Shown: positions 45,215 through 58,010, numbered from the stretch's first letter. The stretch is 64,000 bases of DNA from Histomonas meleagridis 2922-C6/04-290x (GCA_020184695.1 JAANOX010000069.1:248001-312000), one strand, 5' to 3'. The notes: generated by a model from the sequence alone, not told the origin. Numbers and translations are program-made.

Positions 45215-47990
45215 AAAAACAAATCATGAATAAAAATTGGAATATGAATTAAAACAAATCATGAAAAAAAATTGGAATATGAATAAAAATTGGAATATGA
45301 ATAAAAACAAATCATGAAAAAAAAATGAAATATGAATAAAAAATGGAATATGAATAAAAAATGAAATATGAAAAAAAACAAATCATGAATAAAAATTGGA
45401 ATATGAATAAAAACAAATCATGAAAAAAAAATGAAATATGAATAAAAAATGGAATATGAATAAAAAATGTAATATGAATAAAAACAAATCATGAAAAAAA
45501 AAAAAAGAAATATGAATAAAAAAAGGAATATGAATAAAAAAAGAAATATGAATAAAAACAAATCATGAATAAAAAAAGGAATATGAATAAAAAAAAAAAA
45601 TGAAAAAAAAATTGGAATATGAATAAAAAAACAAATCATGATTGGAATTTGAATAAAAAAATTGGAATATGAATTAAAACAAATCATATTGGAATATGAA
45701 TAAAAATGAAATATGAATAAAAAAACAAATCATGATGAAATATGAATAAAAATGTAATATGAATAAAAAAACAAATCATGATGAAATATGAATAAAAAAA
45801 TGGAATATGAATAAAAAATGAAATATGAATAAAAACAAATCATGAAAAAAAAATGGAATATGAATAAAAACAAATCATGAAAAAAAAAATTGGAATTTGA
45901 ATAAAAATTGGAATATGAATTAAAACAAATCATAAAAAAAATTGGAATATGAATAAAAATTGGAATATGAATAAAAACAAATCATGAAAAAAAAAAGAAA
46001 TATGAATAAAAAAAGGAATATGAATAAAAAAAGAAATATGAAAAAAAAACAAATCATGATTGGAATTTGAATAAAAAAATTGGAATATGAATTAAAACAA
46101 ATAATAAAAAAAAATGGAAAAAGAATAAAAAATGAAATATGAATAAAAAAACAAATCATGATGAAATATGAATAAAAATGAAATATGAATAAAAAAACAA
46201 ATCATGAATAAAAAAACAAATCATGATTGGAATTTGAATAAAAATTGGAATATGAATTAAAACAAATCATAAAAAAAATTGGAATATGAATAAAAAATGA
46301 AATATGAATAAAAACAAATCATGAATAAAAATTGGAATATGAATAAAAACAAATCATGAAAAAAAAAAATGAAATATGAATAAAAAATGGAATATGAATA
46401 AAAAATGTAATATGAATAAAAACAAATCATGAATAAAAATTGGAATATGAATAAAAACAAATCATGAAAAAAAAATTGGAATTTGAATAAAAATTGGAAT
46501 ATGAATTAAAACAAATCATAAAAAAAATTGGAATATGAATAAAAATTGGAATATGAATAAAAACAAATCATGAAAAAAAAATGAAATATGAATAAAAAAT
46601 GGAATATGAATAAAAAATGAAATATGAATAAAAACAAATCATGAATAAAAATTGGAATATGAATAAAAACAAATCATGAAAAAAAAATGAAATATGAATA
46701 AAAAATGGAATATGAATAAAAAATGTAATATGAATAAAAACAAATCATGAAAAAAAATGAAATATGAATAAAAACAAATCATGAAAAAAAAATGGAATAT
46801 GAATAAAAAATGTAATATGAATAAAAACAAATCATGAAAAAAAAAAAAATGAAATATGAATAAAAAATGGAATATGAATAAAAAATGTAATATGAATAAA
46901 AACAAATCATGAATAAAAATTGGAATATGAATAAAAACAAATCATGAAAAAAAAATTGGAATTTGAATAAAAATTGGAATATGAATTAAAACAAATCATA
47001 AAAAAAATTGGAATATGAATAAAAAATGAAATATGAATAAAAACAAATCATGATGAAATATGAATAAAAAATGAAATATGAATAAAAACAAATCATGAAT
47101 AAAAACAAATCATGAAAAAAAAATTGGAATTTGAATAAAAATTGGAATATGAATTAAAACAAATCATAAAAAAAATTGGAATATGAATAAAAAATGAAAT
47201 ATGAATAAAAACAAATCATGAAAAAAAATGAAATATGAATAAAAAATGAAATATGAATAAAAACAAATCATGAATAAAAACAAATCATGAAAAAAAAATT
47301 GGAATTTGAATAAAAATTGGAATATGAATTAAAACAAATCATAAAAAAAATTGGAATATGAATAAAAAATGAAATATGAATAAAAACAAATCATGAATAA
47401 AAATTGGAATATGAATAAAAAAAAAAAAAAAAAAATGAAATATGAAAAAAAAATGGAATATGAATAAAAAATGTAATATGAATAAAAACAAATCATGAAA
47501 AAAAAATGAAATATGAATAAAAAAAAAAAAAAATTGGAATTTGAATAAAAATTGGAATATGAATTAAAACAAATCATAAAAAAAATTGGAATATGAATAA
47601 AAAATGAAATATGAATAAAAACAAATCATGAAAAAAAATGAAATATGAATAAAAAATGAAATATGAATAAAAACAAATCATGAATAAAAATTGGAATATG
47701 AATAAAAACAAATCATGAAAAAAAAAAATGAAATATGAATAAAAAATGGAATATGAATAAAAAATGAAATATGAATAAAAACAAATCATGAAAAAAAAAT
47801 GAAATATGAATAAAAAATGTAATATGAATAAAAAATGAAATATGAATAAAAACAAATCATGAAAAAAAATGAAATATAAATAAAAAATGTAATATGAATA
47901 AAAAATGAAATATGAATAAAAACAAAGCATAAATAAACAATAAAGCACAATTAAAACGAAATATAAATAAAAGTAAAGCATGATTAAAAA
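45215..47990. repeat. About 2.8-kb modular satellite of 17-18-nt monomers
   Basis: Monomers TTGGAATATGAATAAAAA, TG(A/G/T)AATATGAATAAAAAA, CAAATCATGAATAAAAA, TTGGAATTTGAATAAAAA, TTGGAATATGAATTAAAA; degenerates after about 47870. Confidence 0.95.
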
Positions 47991-48048
47991 ATAAAACTCA
48001 TTAAAACAATAAAAATTATAAAAAAGAATCTAAATAAAAATTGATTTT

Positions 48049-48983
48049 TTATTCATATTGAATATCTTTAAGTGCCATTAGAAAAGCATTCCACAAATTT
48101 TCTTTGTTTTGTCTTCTCCAAATAAATCTAAATAAATGCCCTTTAATATATTTTTGATTTTTATGGACTGAACACAGTCCACACTTGATACCATTCCATG
48201 TTCCCTCAATGGTATTGGTATGTATTCCTTCATCGGATTTAAATCCTTCGGAATGGTTCACTTGTTTGAGTGTGTAATTACAACTTAGATTTTTGTTTGA
48301 ATATTCGATTGCTGGCATGTATGCACTCCAACAATCTGTATATATTATTGATCCTTTTTCTACATTAAAAAAAATTATATTAGATAAGGTTTCAATGTTT
48401 CTACTGTTTACCTTTTGTGCGAAAAGTTTCTTCTCTGAAGTTCTCTCAACTCCTCCCACTACCCATGATCCTTCTACTGGATGTCCTCTATGGTGCTTAT
48501 TTTTCCCGAATTTACTTTCATCTATTTCGACGATAATGTTTTCACCACCAATTTTGGATTATCCTTTATTTGAAATGAAATTAATCGATCAAACTCATGA
48601 TAATAATTACAAATTGTTGTAAAAGAATGTCCTATTTGATTCTGTACAGAAGTTACATTGATTTTATTTATCCAATTATATGAAAGACGCATTATTTCGT
48701 TAATTGGCAAATGACAATTGTAAAGAAAAGTATTTTTTGTAATAGAATATGTTTTCCGACATCCAGGATTTGTACATCTAAAAATTTTGAAATGCCTGGT
48801 GCAAGTGCCTTTGCAAAAATCGCATGTATATGTAACAGGTAAAACATTGTAAAATTGAAGATATCTGATTGCAATTTCTTCATTTTCAAAAATTTTACAA
48901 ATTTCATCATAAAAGGGAATGGATTTTTGCCTTGATTGATGTTGTTGTAATTGTTCTTGTGTATAATCATGCCGTCCTTCCAT
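48049..48983 (-). mobile_element. Merlin/IS1595-family (ISXO2-like DDE) transposase with one frameshift
   Basis: Zn-ribbon CDFC...FRCTNPGC, IGGENIIVEIDESKFG, GSWVVGGVER, IIYTDCW, VNHS, HTNTIEGTW; frame change in an A4 run near 48551-48554. Confidence 0.9.
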
Positions 48984-49533
48984 TGTTTTTTAAGTTTTAT
49001 CCAAAAATATACACATTCTCATAAAGTATTCAATAAATTATTATGACATATATCACTTTTTTAATGTTTTTTAATCGGATTATATTTTGTCAAACCGTTT
49101 TTCATTTTCTATTTTCATTTAAAACACGTGTCAATTATATTTTTATTGAAAATCAAATTGAAAGAATGATAATTTTTTTGAAAAAGCGGGATCGTTTCCT
49201 ATCGTTCGAAATTTACCCTTTAAAAATCGATTGAGAGGATTTGGAGGTTTGGTCTGCGGTTGTGTAATTGATCCTTATTCTTTGTTAATTTTAAGCAAAT
49301 GTGAACTCAAAAATTCGTTTTTAATTTGATTTTTAACATGAAAAATTGTCTCCACAACATGTTATACTCAGAATAATTTCTTGATAATTATTCAGTGCCA
49401 ATAAAATATATTACTATCTTCGTATAGGTAAATATGAAATATTATATAAAATTTAAATATTTTCTGAAATAAAAAAGAAAAATGCGTTTTAAGTTTTTAT
49501 AACGACCGTTTATTATCGGGAACCCAAAATTTC

Positions 49534-50655
49534 ATGGGCGAAAATGAACAACAAATAATAGTTATTGACAATGGTTCATATATGATAAAGGCAGGCTTTG
49601 CTAGTGACGAAACTCCACGCTCAGTATTTCCTTCTGTTGTTGGCCGTCCAAAGTATGTTGGTACTATCTTTGCCAGCCGGCCCAAAGATTCATATGTTGG
49701 TGATGAAGCACTTGATAAGGCAGGTATCCTTATCCTCAAGCACCCAATTGAACACGGTATCGTTATCAACTGGGACGATATGGAAAAGATCTGGCACCAC
49801 ACATTCTACAACGAATTACGTGTTGACCCAGCTGAACACCCAGTTCTTCTTACAGAAACCCCAATGAACCCAAAGGCCAACCGTGAAAAGATGATCCAAC
49901 TCCAATTCGAAACATTCAACGTTCCAGCATTCTATGTTGGTATCCAAGCCGTTCTTTCCCTTTACTCATCTGGTTGTACCACTGGTATTGTATTAGATTC
50001 AGGTGATGGAGTTTCCTATGCAGTTCCAATTTACGAAGGTTACTCCCTTCCACACGCCACCAAGCGCATTGGCCTTTCTGGCAGTGATGTCACATCTTAT
50101 CTTCAAATGATCCTTCAGCTTGCTTGCTACACCATACATGATAAGAAAATTATCCGCGACATCAAAGAAAACCTTTCGTATGTTGCACTTGATTTTGATG
50201 AAGAGCTGAATAAAGCTTCTACAACATCTGAATGTGATATCTCGTACAAACTTCCAGATGGCGATGTCATCACCATTGGCAGTGAGCGCTTCAAATGTGC
50301 GGAACTTCTTTTCAAGCCGCACATGAATGGGTTCGATTACGAAGGCATTGATCAAACACTTTTTAATTCGATTATGGCATGCGACGCCGATTTTCGTAAA
50401 GACCTCTTTGCTAATGTATTCCTTTCAGGTGGAAACACGATGTTCGATGGATTTCAAGAGCGTATAGAGAACGAACTTATGGAACTTGCGCCTTCGATAA
50501 TGAAAATAAATGTCATGTCAACACCAAAGCCGAAATACGCAGCGTGGATTGGAGGATGTAAATTGGCATCACTTCCGACATTCCAACAAATGGTTATAAC
50601 ACGGAATGAATATGACGAAGTGGGACAAGGGTTTGTCCATTTTAAGTGTTTTTAA
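49534..50655 (+). CDS. Divergent actin paralogue
   Basis: [51 protein letters not shown], ends KCF. Confidence 0.95.
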   Translation: MGENEQQIIVIDNGSYMIKAGFASDETPRSVFPSVVGRPKYVGTIFASRPKDSYVGDEALDKAGILILKHPIEHGIVINWDDMEKIWHHTFYNELRVDPAEHPVLLTETPMNPKANREKMIQLQFETFNVPAFYVGIQAVLSLYSSGCTTGIVLDSGDGVSYAVPIYEGYSLPHATKRIGLSGSDVTSYLQMILQLACYTIHDKKIIRDIKENLSYVALDFDEELNKASTTSECDISYKLPDGDVITIGSERFKCAELLFKPHMNGFDYEGIDQTLFNSIMACDADFRKDLFANVFLSGGNTMFDGFQERIENELMELAPSIMKINVMSTPKPKYAAWIGGCKLASLPTFQQMVITRNEYDEVGQGFVHFKCF

Positions 50656-51275
50656 ATATTTTCGTATTTGCTTATTTATGAGAAGAAATTTGGTGATATA
50701 TTGTTTGATGAGATCAATGATTTTATTACCAAATGGGAATGTTCATAGTGTTCAAATTCCTGTTTGAAATGTGGTTTTTATTTTTTTTAAAGGACAAGTT
50801 ATTATTTTAATGCTAAAATTATGTTTTCAATTTAAATTGCATTAAATGAAATCTTAAGATCCATACATGTAATTAATTTTATACTTAATTCCAAATTTTA
50901 TTTATTTTTAATTACCATTGAATCTTCCAATATCAAAAAACATTTGCATCATTTAATAAAATCCTTATCATTTTGAGGTAAAACAAGTATAACGGATCTA
51001 TATCTCCATAACTATTAAACCCATTTTTTTTAATACAATTTTAAGCTCAGTGTATCCTCACTCGCAAAATGTGTGAGCCCATGTTCATTCTTATTTATAA
51101 CAATCTACAATTTTCGGTGGGTCGCACTTATGCATTTCTGCAAACTTGTTTATCATTTCATAGATTTTTGTATATTTCTTCCTGTTAACATATTAGAATT
51201 TTAAAATCACATAAAAAACAAAAAACTTTCATAAAATAAAAACAGATTTTATTTGAACAGAATTTTAGAAATCAA

Positions 51276-51857
51276 ATGATTAATTTTTTTCTTCTTCTAT
51301 TCCAGTTATCTTTATCCCGAAAAAACAATCCAATTGTCAATAATTACCTAAAACAATTAGGAGAGCATTCATCAAAATCAAAAGAAGAACAAGCAATCAT
51401 ATGGTCACTTGCAGAATTAGCTCATCAAGTTGATAAGTTTGTATCTACTGACGAAGTCGAAACAGAAATCTCGGAAAAAATTGACGAAATCTTAGAAAGA
51501 GTAAAAATTGCAAATAGACTTCTTAAAGAAGATTCAAATTCTATTAGAGAAAAATTGACTAAAACAAAGAGAGCAATGAAAAAATTAATATTAAATTCGA
51601 AAGAACAAATAAGAGATGACATGAACTTGTTTAAAGATCGGGTTCTCGAATCTGTTGAAGATTTCTTTGAAATTCATGATGAAACGCAAAAAGGAAAATT
51701 TAAGCGTATAATCAAAAGAATTAAAAAATTATTTAAAATCATGAGATTCTCATCAACAATGTGGACATTTATATTCTTCGCCCTTTTCCAGGTTTTACTT
51801 GTGCTTGGAATTATTTATTATAAGAAATTGGATGCGCAACTAAGAATATTCCTGTAA
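51276..51857 (+). CDS. Signal peptide, coiled coil and C-terminal TM protein (secretory pathway, unassigned)
   Basis: MINFFLLLFQLSLS; TM WTFIFFALFQVLLVLGIIYY; short basic tail. Confidence 0.7.
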   Translation: MINFFLLLFQLSLSRKNNPIVNNYLKQLGEHSSKSKEEQAIIWSLAELAHQVDKFVSTDEVETEISEKIDEILERVKIANRLLKEDSNSIREKLTKTKRAMKKLILNSKEQIRDDMNLFKDRVLESVEDFFEIHDETQKGKFKRIIKRIKKLFKIMRFSSTMWTFIFFALFQVLLVLGIIYYKKLDAQLRIFL

Positions 51858-52054
51858 TTACATATAAAACGAATAAACAAACATTTAAATTTTTTAAGAA
51901 TAAACTTTTGATAGATATAACATTTGGACAAGTTTGTTTATATTTTTCATTTTAACATTCTTCGAGCTTAAAGGAAATTGTAATCGTAAATTAATTTATT
52001 GACACTTTTGGTAGGTGTCACTTTTTGTCGTCAGTTTTGTATAATTTTTTTAAA

Positions 52055-53534
52055 ATGAATTGACCCGCCCTGTGACCGTTTAAGCAGAATACCTGTTTTG
52101 CTGCCAAGAGAAGCAGAACCTATCAAAAAAAGAAATGAAAAAGACATGTTAAAAATTGCACGCAGAAAAGCATTTTTGGAAGAGGAATATGTTAGACCCA
52201 AAGTTATTCCTGAAATTCCAGAATTTTATTTAAATGAAGATGAAATTCTAAATAAATTTCATTCACTTTATGTAGCAATAAATGAAGGTAATGAAAGCGA
52301 TATTATTCAATTTCTTGAAGAACTAAAATATGTTGCACATAATTCAATCATACCTATTTTTGAACAAGTTATAAATTTCAAATTAATTCCCATGATGTTT
52401 GATTTATTTAGGATATGTATAAATCCTCATGTTGCAATTCAAATTGTTCAATTTGTTAATGAGCTTAGTAATCCAATTGATGATGAACCACAGCCCCTTT
52501 TTGACATCTTCATCAGTAATCATTTTATTCTTCTTCTTTTTACAACACTTGGTCGTTATTTGAATAACAGTCAATATTATGAAATTGTTTTTCGCTTCAT
52601 TAAGCATGTTGTTTCCATATCTTCTACAGCTCGTTCTGAAGCCCTTCAGTTCAATTCCACCAAATTTCTTTTACAACTTTTCACTTCACTTCCATTCGAT
52701 CTCAAAAAATTTTGTCTTTCGATATATTTAACCATATCTAAGCTTCCTATCACAATACTTGAGCAACAGCTGGTTCTAAATTTCATAAAATCTATTATTC
52801 AAATTCCGAAATGTATAAATGTATTTCACACATTATTACAAATTGCGAATAATTTAATTCGCGATCCATTGACATGTCAAACAGTTCTATATCATTTTGG
52901 CTTTCTTGACGTCTGTCAACAAATGATATATTTTAAACAAGTTCGAATTGTTGTTAATTCGATTACACTTTTAGGGAATTATTTTATATATTTAAAAGAT
53001 AACGAAAACTTTAACATTGAAATTGATTACAAACGAATTGTTCGACTTATTTCTTCATCGAATGATAAAGTTTCGTTTGCTTCTTTTTGGCTAATTGTGA
53101 AAATCATTGAGAACAACTTCGAAAGTTTTAATATTTTTTATGAGTTAAATATTTTGGGAAAAATTCAAAAAGAATTTACTCGAAAAAGTATAAAAACTAA
53201 AACTAAAATGATCGAAATTTTATCTTTTGTGACGTTGTATGGAAACATTGAGCAAAAAATGGAAATGATAAGAAAAAATGCAATCGAAATGTTGGCGTTA
53301 ATGATTTCGACGAATGATATTAACATCATTGACATAGCTGCGCCGGCGCTGTTGAGATTGTTAAGTTTGAGTTTGGCTTCGCCTGAGTTTTTGGTGTGCT
53401 GGAACTGTTTTAATGAATGCGAAGGAATGGAAATAGTTTCGGATTTGTGTGAGCATTTGAATAGGAACATTGCAATGAGAGGCAATAGGTTGTTACATGA
53501 AATAACAAAAATGGAAGAAGATTTAAATAGATAA
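52055..53534 (+). CDS. ARM-repeat protein (importin-alpha-like); apparent extra base just after the ATG
   Basis: Track ORF opens at TTG 52098; the frame is open back to ATT 52059, and ATG 52055 is off by one base (ATG-A-ATT GAC CCG); IBB-like KIARRKAF. Confidence 0.7.
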
Positions 53535-53790
53535 TAAAATTTTATTGTTCTTTATTTTAACTTTATTATTTTTTTTAATTCTCATGAGCTCTAATTTAAT
53601 TTCCTATTTTAACAATAATGTTTAAACATCTATTTTGTAAAATCTTAAATTTTGGTAACAAAATTTAAAAATGAGATATTTTGAACATAAAAATTTTTAA
53701 TGTTAATCACCTACTTCTAAAATAAAAGAAAGTACAACAAACAAAAACAACACACAATTAAAATATTTTGCACAATTCTTTTTTTTTTTT

Positions 53791-54330
53791 TCATATGGCT
53801 ATTTTGGAAGCAAGTTGGAAAACTTTGTCCACATTGTATCCGGTTTTCGAAGAACATTCTATGTATGCAATTGCACCAATTTCGTCTGCTTAAGCTTTTC
53901 CTTCTTCGTAAGTGATAGCTCTTGAGATATCACCATAGGAATCGAATGAGCCTATTTGCCTTCTATCATAATTTAATCCTACTAAAATTATCGGTACTTG
54001 AGGACAATGTGATTTTATTAATGGAGCCTAATATCTTGATATTGAATCATATGTGCCAATGCCTACAAGTGAGAAACAAATGAGAAAAATATCTGTTTTT
54101 GGAAATGATCTCAGGATTAGTGCTTCGTATGCACCAGTCCCTTCACCCATATCCCAAATATTTAATTTATAGTTTACATTTTTGTATAGAATTTGTTTGG
54201 TAAAAATTTGGGATGGAACGAACCGTTAAGGAAATACACCTTTTGTATATGTGCTTGCATATGAAGATACCCCAGATGATGGGTCTCCCCACATGTTAAC
54301 TTTTATCTCTTCCGTTAACTTCTTAAGAAA
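53791..54330 (-). pseudogene. Rho/Rac-family small GTPase pseudogene (not in the ORF track)
   Basis: EIKVNMWGDPSSG...GVFP*RFVPS...LNIWDMG...SFPKTDIFLICFSL...RY*APL...PIILVGLNYDR...GKA*ADEIGAIAYIECSSKTGYNV; stops at 54226, 54028, 53890. Confidence 0.85.
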
Positions 54331-54836
54331 ATTAATCGCCAACTTCTTCTGAAAATTGAATACATTACATGAAAATTGTTCGTAACTTTGATGAAAAGTC
54401 TTTTTTTATACTTAAAACATTTCTTCATTTTCAAAAAGTTACCATTTCTGTTCTTCGAAAGTTTTCCTTGTGCATATGTTAATATTGTTATTAAAAAAGG
54501 TTTCAAGTAGGAAATTCAATAATATCTTGAAAATTATTAAAAACATATGCATCAATACAATAATTATTTAAAGAAAATAGAAAACATATTCATTATAATT
54601 CTACGCAAAACATGATTCAAATAATTTTTTGCTTGGTTTGAGAAAACGTTATCCTAAAAAACGAATAAGAAATATTTAAATAGACAGAATCACGTTCAAA
54701 AAGTGAAACCGATACTGCCGATTTTTTCCACCAGTTTCGATAAATTTCTCTTTTAGTTATTATTTTATTTTATTTACATCGTTTTCGAAAACGATCTTTT
54801 TATTACCATAATTTTTATTTGCATCATATAACAAAG

Positions 54837-55850
54837 TTATTTCGGCGGTGTCTTTTGAGGTGTCGAATCTCTTGACATCGCAGTCGGGAAGTGTTGGTTC
54901 TCCTTAAACTGTTGGTACAATGTGAACAACATATGCATCGACTCAACGATGTTTCCTTTCACTGGAATTCCCAACACAGCGCAAACGACTTTAATATATT
55001 CCTCAAGCGACAGATCCAAATCAGCAGTCGGTAATGGCAATGATTGCAACGCGTTTTCGACGCCTTCGGGCCAAAACTGCATCAAGTCTTCGAGATTCGG
55101 CATTTTATATGAGTACGCAATATTAGGCGCTGCGCGATTGCGCGAAATTTCGTCATATGACTCAAGAAATGATGCAAGCGCTTTATGGTTGTGCGATGGA
55201 TCTTCAATAAAGCCAATGTAACCGTCGCCTTCGTTTCCGATGATTCCGAATTTTTCGCGAAGTTGCATTCGGAGGATTTGGGGATTGGAACATCCAATGG
55301 TGGGCTCATCAATGACACTCAGTCCAAGCGGATCTTGTTCACCATCAGGACGTGGAACTTTGATGAAGGCATCAACAGATCCTATGGATGGTATAAGATC
55401 GGGTGAAAAAGGCTTGAAATGGGGTGAGATGTCGAGTGGTGTGGGTTGGAATTTGTTCATCATTGAGAATAATTTGGTAAGTTCAGGTGGCGTATTAGTG
55501 GGATTTGGTGAAAACCGATTTTTGGGTAGACTCATGGGTAATGGGGAATCGGGTTCGCGTTGGTTAGAATTAGTGTTGCTATAATTGAAAACCATTTTGT
55601 TGGAAAGATCATCAAATTTGATTTCAAATCCAGATAATGAATTCTGGCCTTTCCCTGATTTGTATTGTGGCATGTCGATCCCTAAAATATCATTTGGATC
55701 AGGACGTGGGGAATACATGTTTGGTGAATCTTCTTCGTCATCATCAAAGGAAATGGATTGATCATATTGAGAGTTGGACTGAATATTGGGGTTTACATTT
55801 CCACTTCGCATTAATAGTTGATCTTGTGGTGGAACGAAATTTGGTTGCAT
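54837..55850 (-). CDS. IFT46: Intraflagellar transport protein 46
   Basis: PDLIPSIGSVDAFIKVPRPDG..LGL.VIDEP and HMLFTLYQQFKENQHF. Confidence 0.92.
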   Translation of the reverse strand: MQPNFVPPQDQLLMRSGNVNPNIQSNSQYDQSISFDDDEEDSPNMYSPRPDPNDILGIDMPQYKSGKGQNSLSGFEIKFDDLSNKMVFNYSNTNSNQREPDSPLPMSLPKNRFSPNPTNTPPELTKLFSMMNKFQPTPLDISPHFKPFSPDLIPSIGSVDAFIKVPRPDGEQDPLGLSVIDEPTIGCSNPQILRMQLREKFGIIGNEGDGYIGFIEDPSHNHKALASFLESYDEISRNRAAPNIAYSYKMPNLEDLMQFWPEGVENALQSLPLPTADLDLSLEEYIKVVCAVLGIPVKGNIVESMHMLFTLYQQFKENQHFPTAMSRDSTPQKTPPK

Positions 55851-57065
55851 GAAGTTGGAAGTAACGTTTTTAAACCGTCAATACGATCAAAACACTGTTA
55901 ATTATCTTCTGTTGTATTTGCTAAATTTTTCATAAAATCGAGGGTTTAATATCCTATGTTAGGATATTAAACTCTATTACGATATATTCATTGATTGCGT
56001 TATTACGGGAATATATCAAAAAAAATATTTTTGTTCTCAATCTGCTAATTCATTCAAAAGAATTGTAATCAAAATTTTCAAAACTTAATTAAAAAAAACC
56101 TCATGTTTAAATTGGTGTGCTTTAAAAATAAATACAAAAAGATGTATTAAATCATATTTTACTTTACTTTTGATAACCTTTAAATAATTAATGAAGGAAT
56201 AGTTCCGCAATGGAAAATAATAATAAAAATTTATTAAAAAAAATTAATTTAAAATGATATGATATATTCAGAATGTCGCAAATTCAGCTTATTAAATTAT
56301 ATCATTTCATTTCAAGGCAAATCATTCATTTGAATCGCTCAATTACTTCATATATTGAATATGGAATTTGTGAATTTTATTAAGAATTCTTTATAATATA
56401 ATTATATAATATTATTAAAGTTATAACGTCATATATGATGATTGTATATGTTAAGTGCCAATAAAGAACTAAAGGTAAAACATAATAATTTATGAATTTG
56501 AATTAAAACAATTATTATACTATATGGAATACTTTTAGGTATAAATGATTTATTTTTGCAAAAATTTAGAAACTTATATAATATAATTTGACAAATAGTA
56601 CTCTAAAAAATAGCGCTAGAATTACTTATAATATGCTAAAAGTAATTTTTTTGAATACATTTATATGTGTATTGTTTTGATTTGCTGTTTTAAAATATGA
56701 TCAGAAAACCTATGGTGCTCATTCTCTTAACCTGTTTTATAAAACAAATAATTATTTGTTTTATAATGTCATTTAATTAAACGACATTTGGTGAATTTAA
56801 AACCAATCAAATACTGATCTAAATCGTATCATTGCCTCTCTGAGCAGCAGAAGAAAATCATAAAATAATTTATGTTTTCCTAACCTTATTGAAAATTAAA
56901 CACTATTGTACACATCAAAATTTCGATCTTTTTGAATGAAAAACCACGCAGACAAAACCAAGTTTGGTCATGATTTTTCAATGAATCGGAGTTAACTACC
57001 TCGTACAATTTTTGATAGCTCCAGTTATGACTTTTTTATGTCTTCATCTAATTTCAAGTTTATAT

Positions 57066-58010
57066 ATGTTAGGTTTGTTTTTATCAGCTGCATTCTCAGC
57101 ATATTACCTAGAACATGAAGAAAAATCTTTTCTTTCTTGGATGCGCTCAACCAACCTAGTTTTTACTGGTAATGAATATAATACACGTTTCGGAATATGG
57201 TTAACCAACCGACGTCTTATTCAAGAACATAACCAAGGTAACTCTTTCAAGCTTTCTATGAACAAGTTTGCTGCTTATACACCAGCCGAATATAAATCAC
57301 TTCTTGGGTTTATTCCACATATCAGGACAAGTAATGGTGAGAAATCTAACTTCAAGAGTGCTGATTCTATTGACTGGCGTACAAAAGGTGCTGTTAATCA
57401 AATCAAAAATCAAGGTAGCTGTGGTTCATGTTGGGCATTCTCTGCTATCGTTGGTGCTGAAGGTGCACACTTCTTAAAGACGGGTAAACTCATTTCATTA
57501 TCCGAACAAAACCTTGTTGATTGTGTTACGACATGTTATGGTTGTGCAGGTGGTTACATGACAGATGCTTATGACTATGTGATCAAATACCAAAGTGGTA
57601 AATTCATGCTCGAAGATGATTATCCATATAAGGGTGTTCAAGAATCATGCAGATTCGATTTATCAAAGGCTACTGGTTCAATCACGAAGTATATAGAAGT
57701 TACTAAATTCGATGAAAAAGATCTAGCTGCAAAGGTTTCACAACATGGACCAACATGTATTGCGATTGATGCCTCACACTATAGCTTCCAACTTTATTCA
57801 CAAGGTATCTATAATGAATCACGTTGCTCATCAACAGAACTCGATCATGGTGTTGGCTGTGTTGGTTATGGAGCGGAAAATCAAACTAAGTATTGGATCG
57901 TTCGTAACTCATGGGGCACATCATGGGGTGAAGGTGGTTACATCCGCATGTTAAAGGATAGCAACAACCAATGCGGGGTTGCATCATTGGCTTGCGTACC
58001 AATCGCATAA
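57066..58010 (+). CDS. Cathepsin L-like papain-family (C1A) cysteine protease
   Basis: Inhibitor prodomain with ERFNIN-like and NKFA motifs, QGSCGSCWAF, LDHGV, WIVRNSWG; first ATG 57066. Confidence 0.97.
   Translation: MLGLFLSAAFSAYYLEHEEKSFLSWMRSTNLVFTGNEYNTRFGIWLTNRRLIQEHNQGNSFKLSMNKFAAYTPAEYKSLLGFIPHIRTSNGEKSNFKSADSIDWRTKGAVNQIKNQGSCGSCWAFSAIVGAEGAHFLKTGKLISLSEQNLVDCVTTCYGCAGGYMTDAYDYVIKYQSGKFMLEDDYPYKGVQESCRFDLSKATGSITKYIEVTKFDEKDLAAKVSQHGPTCIAIDASHYSFQLYSQGIYNESRCSSTELDHGVGCVGYGAENQTKYWIVRNSWGTSWGEGGYIRMLKDSNNQCGVASLACVPIA

Noticed and set aside
45418-47981. Minus-strand F/I/Y-rich ORFs in the track
   Set aside because: Products of the T-rich satellite strand; frames change with homopolymer length
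45215-47990. Satellite as a CRISPR array
   Set aside because: No unique spacers, no cas genes, eukaryotic context
44755-49265. Possible degenerate Merlin TIR pair (ACACACCGGAAAACCAAA at 44755 versus reverse complement of 49248-49265)
   Set aside because: Only 14/18 identity, no TSD, and a loosely similar word occurs near 56943; insufficient to define element ends
50950-51150. Faint minus-strand ankyrin-like remnant (NEHGLTHFASE)
   Set aside because: Too degenerate to call
53791-54330. Stop-codon reassignment to explain in-frame stops here and in ankyrin spacers
   Set aside because: Stops replace different residues, many spacers shift frame, and conserved genes end normally at TAA, TAG or TGA
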